64,000 nt of DNA from Gemmatimonadota bacterium (GTDB taxonomy: Bacteria > Gemmatimonadota > Gemmatimonadetes > Palauibacterales > Palauibacteraceae). Positions 1 through 9,571 of this stretch are shown piece by piece. The DNA is taken from contig OZ220691.1 in the NCBI GenBank assembly GCA_965116475.1, forward strand, positions 2,848,001 to 2,912,000. Direction: 5' to 3'. Positions within the stretch are counted from its first letter, which is position 1. The number at the start of each line of letters is the position of its first letter. The notes under the pieces are model-generated. The model made no database searches. It was not told the origin of the DNA and was given only the letters and a program-made list of their open reading frames with translations. Both the position numbers and the translations under genes were made by a program.

Positions 1-32
1 AAGCGCAGCACGCGCCGCCTCTGGGCCGCTGG

Positions 33-563
33 GTGCGCGGCGCGGGGTGGATCGACCGGGTGGAACGCCTCGGGATCGTCGTGGCCACGGGCCTGGCCGG
101 GGCGGTGGCGTGCATCACGCTTCTCGGAGCGGCTCCGCTCGGCTCGGCGGCCGCGCTGGCCTGGCCCCAGGTCATCGTGGTCGCCCTTCTCGCCGCGAAC
201 TGGACCCGGGCCGCCAAGCGTCTCTGGATCGACGGCGACCTGCGGCCCGAACTGCGGCGCCGGCTGTGGGAGCGGCAGATCGGGCTCATCGTCCTCGCGG
301 TCGCCCTCGGGGCGCTGGGCGCCGCCCGCGAGGTCTACGGCGCCTTCGGAGCGCTGAAGGCCGAACAGTTCGCGCCGCCCGCCATGTGGGACGCCGTCGG
401 TCGCATCGTCTCCCACGCCGCGCTCGGGCTGAGCGCGGCCATCTTCGGGCTCTTCGGCTGGCTCGCGATCACACCGCGCCTGATCGACGACGAAACGATG
501 GAGCACCGCATATCGGCGTTCTTCGCCTCGCGGCTCTCACCCACCTCATCGACGCGGAGGTAG
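33..563 (+). CDS. Hypothetical integral membrane protein (frame open to window edge, may be 5'-partial)
   Basis: About 4 hydrophobic segments; no in-frame stop upstream of 33; stop is 2 nt before the next ATG, which has a GGAGG RBS. Confidence 0.6.
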   Translation: MRGAGWIDRVERLGIVVATGLAGAVACITLLGAAPLGSAAALAWPQVIVVALLAANWTRAAKRLWIDGDLRPELRRRLWERQIGLIVLAVALGALGAAREVYGAFGALKAEQFAPPAMWDAVGRIVSHAALGLSAAIFGLFGWLAITPRLIDDETMEHRISAFFASRLSPTSSTRR

Positions 564-565
564 CG

Positions 566-937
566 ATGTCCTTCATCGAATCACTCGGATTCATCCAGTA
601 TCCGATCTGGATCGTCCTGATCCTGATGCTGGTACAGATCGGACGCGCGACGGCCGACCGGTTCCGGTCGTCGGGAGCCCCGCCGGCGGGTCTGCGCATC
701 CACTCCATCCTGGTGCTCGGCGCCCTCGCCGCGTGCCTCGGTGTGCTCGGATCCCTGGTCGGCGTCTGGCTGGCGGCGGAAGCCATCTCGCGGGCGGGGG
801 AGGTAAACGCGGGGCTGGCGTGGGGCGGGATCCAGGTCGCCCTGGGCTCGTCCATCGTCGGTTTCCTCATCCTCGGCATGGCGTCGATCGCCTGGCTCGC
901 CCTGCAGTACGCGGCCGGCCGGCGCGATGCGGCGTAA
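566..937 (+). CDS. Small 3-TM membrane protein, MotA/TolQ/ExbB proton-channel-like
   Basis: ATG 566 after GGAGG; LGALAACLGVLGSLVGV...GGIQVALGSSIVG resembles ExbB/TolQ TM2-TM3 (GLLGTVxG...GIxxALxTTxxG). Confidence 0.55.
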   Translation: MSFIESLGFIQYPIWIVLILMLVQIGRATADRFRSSGAPPAGLRIHSILVLGALAACLGVLGSLVGVWLAAEAISRAGEVNAGLAWGGIQVALGSSIVGFLILGMASIAWLALQYAAGRRDAA

Positions 938-944
938 CGCGCCG

Positions 945-3113
945 ATGCGGATCCCGACGCTCGCCGCCGCCGGTTTCGCCCTCGTGATCGGTGCCTGCGC
1001 CTCAGAGCCGGAGGAAGGTCTCGGCGGCCTCTCGCGCCGCGACTCGGCAGGGGTGGCGGTTTCCGACAACGCGTCCGCCGACGCGCCGTTCGCGGGCGGG
1101 ACGGTGCACATCGCGGATCTCATGACCCCGGACAGCGCACTCACGGCACTCCCCTGGGGGGTGGCCGCGGATCCGATTGCCGGGCGCGTCTACGTGGCGG
1201 ACGTGACGGGCGCGCGGGTCGCCGTGTTCGACGGCGCGGGGGCATTCGTGGAGGAACTGGGACGGGCGGGAGAGGGTCCGGGCGAGTTCCGGGGCGTGTC
1301 CGCGCTGACGCTGGCGCCGGGCGGGACGCTCGTGGCGTTGGATGCGAGGCGGGGCGTGCTCAGCCGCTGGTCGCGGGACGGAGGATTCGCCGGCGAGGAG
1401 CGGCTCCCCGCGAGCTACTGGGGACCCGGGTTCGCGGTCGGCGAGGGCGCGGCGGCGGACTGGTTCGCGACCGTGGGGTCGGCTACGCAGGACATGTCGA
1501 TGGACCAGACGCTGGCGGTGCACACGCCGCGCGGAGCCGAACCGGTCCACGTCGTGCGGCGGGAACTGTCGCTTATGGAACTGCCGTGCGCGTCCATGCC
1601 CGCGCCGAAGGTGTTCGCGCCGGACGCGGTGTGGGCAAGCCGCGGCGACACGCTCTGGTTCGTGAACGGGGACGGGTTCCGCATCGACGGCTACGCGCGG
1701 GGAGAGGTCTTCGCCAGCGTGCGGCGGGCGGCGGCCCCGGCAATCCCGGTCACGCGGGCGATGGCGATCGCATCGCTCTCCTTCGGTCCGGGCCCGTACG
1801 GGAGCCTCATGCGGCAGTGCGGGGTGACGGCTGGAGAAGTGGTCGACGCCACCGGATACGAGGAGGTGCTGTCTCCCATCGTCGGTTTCACGCCCGATCC
1901 GGCGGGCGGCCTGTGGGTGTCGCGGCGGACGCGCGGGCTTCTCCCCGAGGTCATCGATGTGATGGGAGCCGGAGGCGGATACCTGGGGACGCTCGCCATC
2001 CCCGCCATCCCCGTCGGCTTCGCATCGCCGTCGCGGCTGGTGGCCGTGCGGCCGGTGCTGGAGACGGGGGAGATCCGGGTGTCGCTGTATGAAGTCGGGA
2101 CGGATGCGGCGGCCGCGGGCGGGACGGGCGCCCCCGACGGCCGCGGGCCCGCCGCCGGGAGCCCGTCCCCTCGGATCGGGTCGGTACTGCGCGGCGGGTC
2201 CCGACAGTCGCCCTCCGCCGCGGCGTCGGCTCCGCTCCGCCGTCCCCCGGAGCCCAACCCGGCGGGCCTGCGCGAGTTCAGCGACTGCGACCTCTGTCCC
2301 ATCATGGTGGAACTGCCGCCCGGAGGGTTCATGATGGGGCGCGCCGAGGGCGAGGACCGGCGCCTGGGGCTCGACCGGGAGCCGAAGCGGCCGGAGTTCA
2401 GCCGGGAGCGGGAGCGGCCCCGCGTGCAGATCGAGTTCGGACACCGGTTCGCCATCGGCAAGTACGAGGTGACATTCGACGAGTGGGACCGCTGTGTGGC
2501 GGCGGGGGGATGCGACTACCGGCCCACCGACAGGGGATGGGGGCGGGGAGACCGTCCCGTGATCCACGTCTCCTACCTCGACGCCGAGATGTACCTCGCC
2601 TGGCTGGCGAAGGAGACCGCCCGCCCGTACCGGCTGCCGAGCAGCGCCGAGTGGGAATACGCCGCCCGCGCCGGCACGACGACCGCCCGCTGGTGGGGAG
2701 ACGAGCTCGGGAGCGGACACGCGATGTGCGAGGAGTGCGGACTCGACTGGGAGGTGGGATCCACCGCGCCCACGGGCTCGCTGCCGCCGAATCCCTGGGG
2801 CCTGCACGACATGCTCGGCAACGTGTCCGAACTCGCGGCCGACTGCTGGACGGCCACCTACGACGAGGTGCCCACCGACGGCTCGCCCGTCCGCGAAGCG
2901 TCACATCACTGGAGCGAGGGCCGCTGCATGCGCCCCACCTGGCGGGGCGGCTACTTCCGCGCCTTCAGCTGGACCGTGCGCTCGGCGTGGCGCAGCGGCG
3001 GGAACATTCTGGCCACCGCCGACGTTCGTGACGACCACCCCCAAGTCGGCGGCAGCTCAGGCTTCCGCGTCGCCCTCACCCTCGACACGGCGTCGCCGGA
3101 CCCCGCCCGCTAA
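945..3113 (+). CDS. Lipoprotein: NHL/6-bladed beta-propeller fused to FGE-sulfatase (SUMF1-like) domain
   Basis: Lipobox-like LVIGAC; NHL motif LGRAGEGPGEF; FGE-family motifs GKYEVTFDEW, RLPSSAEWEYAARAG, NPWGLHDMLGNVSE, GFRVA; alternative start 927. Confidence 0.8.
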   Translation: MRIPTLAAAGFALVIGACASEPEEGLGGLSRRDSAGVAVSDNASADAPFAGGTVHIADLMTPDSALTALPWGVAADPIAGRVYVADVTGARVAVFDGAGAFVEELGRAGEGPGEFRGVSALTLAPGGTLVALDARRGVLSRWSRDGGFAGEERLPASYWGPGFAVGEGAAADWFATVGSATQDMSMDQTLAVHTPRGAEPVHVVRRELSLMELPCASMPAPKVFAPDAVWASRGDTLWFVNGDGFRIDGYARGEVFASVRRAAAPAIPVTRAMAIASLSFGPGPYGSLMRQCGVTAGEVVDATGYEEVLSPIVGFTPDPAGGLWVSRRTRGLLPEVIDVMGAGGGYLGTLAIPAIPVGFASPSRLVAVRPVLETGEIRVSLYEVGTDAAAAGGTGAPDGRGPAAGSPSPRIGSVLRGGSRQSPSAAASAPLRRPPEPNPAGLREFSDCDLCPIMVELPPGGFMMGRAEGEDRRLGLDREPKRPEFSRERERPRVQIEFGHRFAIGKYEVTFDEWDRCVAAGGCDYRPTDRGWGRGDRPVIHVSYLDAEMYLAWLAKETARPYRLPSSAEWEYAARAGTTTARWWGDELGSGHAMCEECGLDWEVGSTAPTGSLPPNPWGLHDMLGNVSELAADCWTATYDEVPTDGSPVREASHHWSEGRCMRPTWRGGYFRAFSWTVRSAWRSGGNILATADVRDDHPQVGGSSGFRVALTLDTASPDPAR

Positions 3114-3144
3114 CCGCTCCCGCCGACTCCCGGGCCGGACCCGG

Positions 3145-3174
3145 TTGCACCCGCCCCGCAACCCGTTCTAGACT
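3145..3174 (+). promoter_or_regulatory. Putative sigma70-type promoter of the cox-like operon
   Basis: TTGCAC-N18-TAGACT in the intergenic region upstream of coxS. Confidence 0.3.
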
Positions 3175-3262
3175 GAATCCCCCCGGCCGACGGGCGGCCG
3201 GATGAGTCCCGTTCCGGGAGCTCCGCCGGCGCTCCCGCCGGCACAGGATCAGGAGTGGCCGC

Positions 3263-3730
3263 ATGAAGCGCATCTCCATGACCGTGAACGGGGTTCGGCA
3301 CGAGGCGGACGTCGAACCCCGCACCCTGCTCGTTCATTTCATCCGCGAACAACTCGAACTGACCGGCACCAACGTGGGCTGCGACACGTCCTCGTGCGGC
3401 GCCTGCACGATTCTGATGAACGGTCAGTCGGTGAAGTCGTGTACCGTGCTCGCCGTGCAGGCGGAAGGCGCGGACGTGACCACGGTCGAGGGGCTCGCGA
3501 GCAACGGCGACTGGCACCCTGTGCAGAGGGCGTTCCACGAGAACCACGGCCTGCAGTGCGGGTTCTGCACGCCGGGGATGATGATGGCGGCGGTGGGCTA
3601 CCTGGATGAGAACCCGTCGCCGACGGAAGACGACGTCCGGCTCGCGCTGGAGGGCAACCTCTGCCGGTGCACCGGCTACCACAACATCGTCAAGGCGGTG
3701 CTCGCGGCCGCCGACGACATGGGCTCTTAG
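3263..3730 (+). CDS. coxS: (2Fe-2S)-binding small subunit, CO dehydrogenase/xanthine dehydrogenase family
   Basis: [10 protein letters not shown] and QCGFCTPG...GNLCRCTGY motifs; AGGAG RBS. Confidence 0.92.
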   Translation: MKRISMTVNGVRHEADVEPRTLLVHFIREQLELTGTNVGCDTSSCGACTILMNGQSVKSCTVLAVQAEGADVTTVEGLASNGDWHPVQRAFHENHGLQCGFCTPGMMMAAVGYLDENPSPTEDDVRLALEGNLCRCTGYHNIVKAVLAAADDMGS

Positions 3731-3747
3731 AGGAGGGGAGAGAGAAC

Positions 3748-6114
3748 ATGGCGACGGCTGAAAAATACGTTGGCGGCGGAGTCCCGAGGAAAGAGGATCC
3801 CAAGCTTCTCACGGGGCAGGGCACGTTCCTGGAAGGCCTCACGCTGCCCGGCATGCTGCACGCGGCGCTCGTGCGGAGCCCGCACGGTTCGGCGCGCATC
3901 AACTCGGTCGACGTTTCCGAGGCGGAGGCCGCGGAGGGCGTGGTGGCCGCGTACAGCGGGGCCGACCTCGCCGATGAATGGGCCGCGGGACTGCCCATGG
4001 CGTGGCCCGTGACCGACGACATCCGGATCCCCGACCACTGGCCGGTGGCGCAGGACGTGGCGCGCTACGTGGGCGACGCGGTGGCGGTCGTAGTCGCGAC
4101 GAGCCGCAACGCGGCGCTCGACGCGGCGGAACTGGTGGAAGTCGACTACGAGGTGCTGGAGGCGGTCGTGGACGTGGAGGCGGCGCTGGCCGACGACGCG
4201 CCGCGCGTGCACGAGTCGTTCGATGACAACAAGAGCTACACGTGGCCGCTGACCAACGGCGACGTGGACGCGGCGTTCGCGAAGGCCGACGTCGTGGTGA
4301 AGGAGCGCTACACGCAGCCGCGGCTGATCCCGAACGCGATGGAACCGCGCGCCGTCGTCGCGCAATCCGTCCCCTCGACGGGGGACTTCACCGTGTGGTC
4401 GACGACGCAGATCCCGCACGTGGCGAAAGTCCTGTTCGCGCTCACCCTCGGCATCCCGGAGAGCCAGATCCGGGTCATCGCGCCTTCCGACGTGGGCGGC
4501 GGCTTCGGCTCGAAGCTCAACGTGTACGCGGAGGAGGCGCTCTGCATCGCCCTCGCGCGCCGGATCGGGAAGCCGGTCAAGTGGGTCGCGGGCCGGAGCG
4601 AGGGATACCTGGCGACGATCCACGGCCGGGACCAGGTCCAGGAGATCGAGATCGCGGCGACCTCCGACGGCGACATCCTCGGATACCGCGTCAACATCAT
4701 CGCGGCCATGGGCGCCTACCTGCAGCTCGTGGCGCCGGGGGTGCCGCTCCTGGGCGCCTTCCTCTACTGCGGCTGCTACGGCGGCGAGGCGTACCACTTC
4801 GAATGCACGGGCGTGTTCACGAACACGACCCCGACGGACGCCTACCGGGGCGCGGGCCGGCCCGAGGCCACCTACGCCATCGAGCGGGCGATCGACGCGC
4901 TCGCGCGGGAGGTCGGCGTGGACGCGGCGGAGATCCGGCGCCGCAACTTCCTCCCGGCCGGCGACATGGTGCAGAGTCCGGGCGGGCTCGCCTTCGACTC
5001 GGCCGACTACGAGCCCGCGCTCGACCGCGCGCTGGAACTGCTGGACTACGACGGATTCCGGAGCGACCAGGCGGAGCGCCGGGAAGGCGGGGGCAGCAAG
5101 CAGATCGGGGTCGGGTTCTCCTCCTACGTGGAGATCTGCGGGCTCGCGCCCTCGCAGGTGCTGGCCTCGCTCAAGTACGGCGCCGGCGGCTGGGACGCGG
5201 CCACGGTGCGCATGCTGCCGACCGGAAAGGCGGAGGTGGTGACGGGCAGTTCGCCGCACGGGCAGGGGCACGTGACCTCCTGGTCCCAGATCGCGGCGGA
5301 CGCGCTCGGGATTCCGTACGAGGATGTCACGGTCCTCCACGGGGACACGCACGTGGCGCCGCACGGGATGAACACCTACGGGAGCCGCAGCCTCGCGGTG
5401 GCCGGGGTCGCGGTGCACAACGCGTGCGACCGGGTGGTCGACAAGGCGAGGGGACTCGCGGCGCACCTGCTCGAAGTGGCGCCGGAGGACCTCGAGTACG
5501 AGGCCGGGACCTTCTCGGTGAAGGGGGTGCCCGACCGCACGAAGTCGATGCCGGAACTCGCCTTCGCCGCGTGGACGGCGCACAGCCTGCCGGAGGACTC
5601 CGAGCCCGGGCTCGAGGCGAGCTGCGTGTACGATCCGCCGAACTTCACCTTCCCCTTCGGCACACACGTGGCGGTCGTCGAGGTGGATACGGAGACGGGC
5701 GCCGTGGACCTCGTCCGCTACATCGCGGTGGACGACTGCGGCCCCGTGATCAATCCCGTCATCGTGGACGGGCAGGTGCACGGCGGCGTGGCGCAGGGGA
5801 TTGCGGCCGCGCTGTACGAGGAAGCGACGTACGCGGAGGACGGGACGCTCGAGACGTCGTCGATGGTCAACTACCTCGTGCCGTCGGCGGCGGAGTTCCC
5901 GTCCTTCGAGACGGATCGAACGGTGACGCCGAGCACCTCGAACCCCATGGGGGTGAAGGGAATCGGCGAGGCGGGCACGATCGGGTCGGCGCCGGCGGTG
6001 ATCAACGCGATCGTGGACGCGCTCTCGCACCTCGGCGTGACGGACGTCCCGATGCCGGCGAGTCCGGAACGGGTCTGGCGAGCGATTCAGGCGGCCCAGG
6101 GAGGTGAGGCATGA
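3748..6114 (+). CDS. coxL: Molybdopterin-binding large subunit, form II CoxL-like
   Basis: VGGGFGSK, AYRGAGRPEA (form II motif), GQGH, GQVHGGVAQG, KGIGEAG; ATG 3748 after GAGGAGG. Confidence 0.9.
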   Translation: MATAEKYVGGGVPRKEDPKLLTGQGTFLEGLTLPGMLHAALVRSPHGSARINSVDVSEAEAAEGVVAAYSGADLADEWAAGLPMAWPVTDDIRIPDHWPVAQDVARYVGDAVAVVVATSRNAALDAAELVEVDYEVLEAVVDVEAALADDAPRVHESFDDNKSYTWPLTNGDVDAAFAKADVVVKERYTQPRLIPNAMEPRAVVAQSVPSTGDFTVWSTTQIPHVAKVLFALTLGIPESQIRVIAPSDVGGGFGSKLNVYAEEALCIALARRIGKPVKWVAGRSEGYLATIHGRDQVQEIEIAATSDGDILGYRVNIIAAMGAYLQLVAPGVPLLGAFLYCGCYGGEAYHFECTGVFTNTTPTDAYRGAGRPEATYAIERAIDALAREVGVDAAEIRRRNFLPAGDMVQSPGGLAFDSADYEPALDRALELLDYDGFRSDQAERREGGGSKQIGVGFSSYVEICGLAPSQVLASLKYGAGGWDAATVRMLPTGKAEVVTGSSPHGQGHVTSWSQIAADALGIPYEDVTVLHGDTHVAPHGMNTYGSRSLAVAGVAVHNACDRVVDKARGLAAHLLEVAPEDLEYEAGTFSVKGVPDRTKSMPELAFAAWTAHSLPEDSEPGLEASCVYDPPNFTFPFGTHVAVVEVDTETGAVDLVRYIAVDDCGPVINPVIVDGQVHGGVAQGIAAALYEEATYAEDGTLETSSMVNYLVPSAAEFPSFETDRTVTPSTSNPMGVKGIGEAGTIGSAPAVINAIVDALSHLGVTDVPMPASPERVWRAIQAAQGGEA

Positions 6115-6980
6115 TCCCCGCGTCTTTCGACTACGAGCGCGCGTCGTCTCTCGACGAGGCGCTGAGCCTGCTCGCCGCGGGCGGCGAGGACGCGCGGCCG
6201 CTGGCGGGCGGACATTCGCTCCTTCCGCTCATGCGCCTGCGGCTCGCGCGGCCCTCCCTGCTGGTCGATATCGGCGGTCTCGACGAACTACGCGGCGTGC
6301 ACGCGGATGGGGACTCGGTCGTCATCGGCGCGCTGACCACGCACCACGAGGTGGCCGGCGCGTCCGAACTCACGGGCGGCAGCGGCCTCCTCGCGAAGGT
6401 GGCGGAGGGGATCGGCGATCCGCAGGTGCGGCACCGCGGCACGCTCGGCGGTTCCGTCGCGCACGCGGATCCGGCCTCCGACCTGCCGGCGGCGCTGCTC
6501 GCGCTCGACGCGGAAATCAGCCTCGCGGGGCGCGGCGGCACGCGCTCGGTGGCGGCGGCGGACTTCTTCGTCGGCCCCTTCATGTCGGCCGCGGCCGATG
6601 GCGAGATCGTGACGGGCGTCCGGGTGCCGAAGCGAGAAGGCTGGGGCAGCGCCTACCGGAAGTTCCAGCGCCGCGCCCAGGACTGGGCGATCGTCGGCGT
6701 GGCCGCGGTCGTGAACTGGACCGAATCCGGCATCGCGGGCGCCGCGATCGGGCTCACCAACATGGGCGGCACGCCGCTGCGGGCGCCCGGGGTCGAGGCA
6801 GCGTTGACCGGCGCGTCCGAGAAGGCGCAGATCCTCGCCGCGGCGTCGAAGGTGTCGGAACTCGAGACGCCTCCGGCGGATGAGAATGCAAGCTCGGAGT
6901 ACCGCGTCCACCTCGCGCAGGTGCTGATCGCGCGCGCGGTGGCCGAGGCGGCCGGCTGCCCGGGGATGCAGTCGGACTAG
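6111..6980 (+). CDS. coxM: FAD-binding medium subunit, CoxM-like
   Basis: MIPASFDY start, LAGGHSLLP, IGDPQVRHRGTLGG; ATGA overlap with coxL. Confidence 0.9.
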   Translation: MIPASFDYERASSLDEALSLLAAGGEDARPLAGGHSLLPLMRLRLARPSLLVDIGGLDELRGVHADGDSVVIGALTTHHEVAGASELTGGSGLLAKVAEGIGDPQVRHRGTLGGSVAHADPASDLPAALLALDAEISLAGRGGTRSVAAADFFVGPFMSAAADGEIVTGVRVPKREGWGSAYRKFQRRAQDWAIVGVAAVVNWTESGIAGAAIGLTNMGGTPLRAPGVEAALTGASEKAQILAAASKVSELETPPADENASSEYRVHLAQVLIARAVAEAAGCPGMQSD

Positions 6981-6995
6981 CGTCCGGCCGGACGC
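6980..6995. terminator. Perfect 16-bp palindrome between convergent coxM and ggt
   Basis: GCGTCCGGCCGGACGC; no U-tract. Confidence 0.3.
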
Positions 6996-7017
6996 CAGCC
7001 GGATCGGCCTCGCGCCG

Positions 7018-8709
7018 CTAGTCCCGACCTCCCGTCGGCCCCTGCGGGCGGGGCGCCACGGCGGCGCCCTCCCAGTCGGGGTCGGCGGCGCCGATCCAGG
7101 TGCGCGTCGCGGCGTCGTACTGCAGGCCGTGGATGCGCCCGAACGCGCCCTGCCGCGGCGTGGGCGTGATCTCGAATCCCATCTCCCGGAATTCCTCCAC
7201 CGAAGTCCCGGACCAGCCGTCCTCGGGGCCTGCCTCCACGGAGAAGCCCGCGAGCCCGTCCGGGCCCATGTCGGGATGCACGCGCGGGGCGGCGAGCGCG
7301 GCGGGTAGCGCCAGGCCGTCGTCGATGACGCGGGTCACGGCCTGGACGACCGCCGAGATGATGCGGATGCCGCCGGCGGCGCCCAGGACGAGGAACGGCT
7401 CGCCGTCGTCGAGGACCATGAAGGGCGTGATGCCGGACCGCGCGCGCTCGCCCGGCTCGCTGATCCCCAGGTAGCCGCCCAGCGTCACGGCGTAGAGGAA
7501 GCCGAGTCCGGGGGTGGCGACTTTCGCGCCCATGCCGGGGCCGATGGTCTGGGTGAGCGCGATGGCCATGCCGTTTCCGTCGGCGGCGGAGAGATGCGTC
7601 GTATGGCCCTCGGGCGGCAGATACAGCGGCGACAGGTCCGGGACCGGACCGCCGGCGGCACCCTCCATGGCAGCCTCCACCGGCGCACGGACCTGCTCCG
7701 CCAGTTGACGGGCGAACGCCTTCGACGTCACGCGGACGGCGGAGGAGTCGGAACTCGGCCGGCGGTATTCCGCCATGGCGAGGGCGAGGGACTGCGCGAT
7801 GACGGAAGCCCACGCCTCGTCGCTCATGCCGTCCGGATCGAAGACCTCGGCGATCTGGAGGGCGAGGATCGCGATCGCGCCGGACGCCGGGATGTCGGAA
7901 CCGACGATCTCGAACCCCCGGTAGGATCCGCGCACGATGCGCGAGTCCTCCGCTTCGTAGGCCGCCAGCGCCTCGCGGGTCAGGAAGCCGCCGTTCGCCG
8001 CCATGTCGTCGGCGATGCGGCCCGCGATCTCCCCGCGGTAGAAGGCGTCGCCGCCGCCGAGGGAAATCGTCCTCAGCGTCTCGGCCATGTCCGACTGCAC
8101 GAGCCGGTCGCCGGGGAGGTAGGGCGACCCGTCCGCCTTCAGGTAGTAGCGCCGGGCGCCTTCCGACTCCGCCACCTGGTCGCGCGATCCCGCCTGGCGG
8201 CGCGCTTCGCCGGGCAGCAGCCGGAACCCGTGCGCCGCGTAATCGATCGCGGGGGCCATGATCGTCGTCAGCGGGAGGGATCCGTACTTCTCGTGCAGGC
8301 GCATGAGGCCGGCGACCGACCCGGGCACGCCGACGGTCGGATAGCCGTAGGTGGCGCGGGGCGCCGTGGCCGGGTCGTATCCGAGCGGGACGGACGTCGT
8401 CCCGTCGATGCCCGCGACCCCCCCGTCGGGCGTCCGGATCAGGATCTGGTTGCGCCCCCCGATGCTGTTCATGCTCGGTTCGACGACGGAGATCGCGAAC
8501 GCGGCGGCGACGGCCGCATCCGCGGCGTTCCCCCCGAGTTCGAGCATCCGGGCCCCGGCGGCCGCGGCGAGCGGCTGCGCCGCGACGACGACCCCGTCCG
8601 CCGAGCGCGCGACCTGCGGCGCACTCTGCGCGCCCAGCCGCAGCGGCACCGCCGCGAACGCGAGTAGCGCGAGAACGGTCGTGCCGTACACCCGGATGCC
8701 TGGCTTCAT
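7018..8709 (-). CDS. ggt: Secreted gamma-glutamyltransferase-family (Ntn-hydrolase) protein
   Basis: Signal peptide; GGNAADAAVA, VGVPGSVAG, FYRGEIA, nucleophile motif HTTHLSAAD, terminal GAADP. Confidence 0.85.
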   Translation of the reverse strand: MKPGIRVYGTTVLALLAFAAVPLRLGAQSAPQVARSADGVVVAAQPLAAAAGARMLELGGNAADAAVAAAFAISVVEPSMNSIGGRNQILIRTPDGGVAGIDGTTSVPLGYDPATAPRATYGYPTVGVPGSVAGLMRLHEKYGSLPLTTIMAPAIDYAAHGFRLLPGEARRQAGSRDQVAESEGARRYYLKADGSPYLPGDRLVQSDMAETLRTISLGGGDAFYRGEIAGRIADDMAANGGFLTREALAAYEAEDSRIVRGSYRGFEIVGSDIPASGAIAILALQIAEVFDPDGMSDEAWASVIAQSLALAMAEYRRPSSDSSAVRVTSKAFARQLAEQVRAPVEAAMEGAAGGPVPDLSPLYLPPEGHTTHLSAADGNGMAIALTQTIGPGMGAKVATPGLGFLYAVTLGGYLGISEPGERARSGITPFMVLDDGEPFLVLGAAGGIRIISAVVQAVTRVIDDGLALPAALAAPRVHPDMGPDGLAGFSVEAGPEDGWSGTSVEEFREMGFEITPTPRQGAFGRIHGLQYDAATRTWIGAADPDWEGAAVAPRPQGPTGGRD

Positions 8710-8836
8710 GGATCCTCCATCGGTTCTGCGGGTCCCAACGGTGCGTGGCCAAAGCCTTGCCGCGTTCGGGCGGCGGTGCATCCCGCCCGCGGGAAACTTG
8801 CGTCCGGTACGAGCCGTGACTAGGGTCCGAATCTTC

Positions 8837-8866
8837 TTGACAAGACTGTTAAACGATTTGGATAAC
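8837..8866 (+). promoter_or_regulatory. Putative promoter with overlapping TetR-type operator
   Basis: Perfect TTGACA at 8837-8842, GATAAC 18 nt later; imperfect inverted repeat TTAAAC-GATTT-GGATAA (8849-8865) in an AT-rich patch upstream of tetR. Confidence 0.5.
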
Positions 8867-8878
8867 GCGAGGATCGTG

Positions 8879-9571
8879 ATGGTTCCTCAAGCTCCGGCCG
8901 CCACCCGACCGCCGGATACCGAGCAGAGGATCTTCGACGCCGCGCTGACCGTGTTCGCCCGCAAGGGACGGGACGGCGCGCGACTGCAGGAGATCGCGGA
9001 TCACGCGGGGATCAATCGCGCCCTGCTGCACTATTACTTCCGCACCAAGGAACAGCTCTACGAAGCCGTGTTCGAGCACGGATGCCGGCAGTTCATGGCC
9101 GGACTCAGCCAGTCGCTGCGCGCGGAGGAGGGGGTCGAGGACAGCCTGCGCGCGTTCGTGTACGGCTACATCGACTACATCTACGAGCATCAGGACATGG
9201 CCCGCCTCATGCTGAACGAATGCCTGTGCGGCGGCGGTATCCTGGAGCGGCACCTCGCGGCCGCCATCGAAGCGCGCGAAGAGGTGCCGGGGCTCCTGCT
9301 CGAGGACCGGCTGCGCGCGGCCGTCGGCGCGGGGGAGATCCGGGAGATCGACCTCCGGCACACGCTGCTTACGATCGTGTCGGCCTGCCTGTTTCCGTTC
9401 GTCGCCCTCCCGACCGTGCGCCTCTTCCACTCCCGGGCCGTGGAGGACTTCGACCGCTTCCTGCAGGAACGGAAAGCGCACATCGTCGATCTCCTGCTCG
9501 CCGGCCTGCGGCCGACGGAGGGCGTGGGGCAGGGCATCCGGCCGGGCGTCCGGCAGGGGGAACTCGCGTGA
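8879..9571 (+). CDS. TetR/AcrR family transcriptional regulator
   Basis: HTH EQRIFDAALTVFARKG...EIADHAGINRALLHYYFRTKEQLY. Confidence 0.92.
   Translation: MVPQAPAATRPPDTEQRIFDAALTVFARKGRDGARLQEIADHAGINRALLHYYFRTKEQLYEAVFEHGCRQFMAGLSQSLRAEEGVEDSLRAFVYGYIDYIYEHQDMARLMLNECLCGGGILERHLAAAIEAREEVPGLLLEDRLRAAVGAGEIREIDLRHTLLTIVSACLFPFVALPTVRLFHSRAVEDFDRFLQERKAHIVDLLLAGLRPTEGVGQGIRPGVRQGELA

Noticed and set aside
2250..3113. FGE-fold domain as the target of a diversity-generating retroelement
   Set aside because: No template repeat or reverse transcriptase seen in the window
3175..3250. Hairpins in the coxS leader as a Moco riboswitch
   Set aside because: GC-rich stems only; I could not match the conserved Moco RNA features
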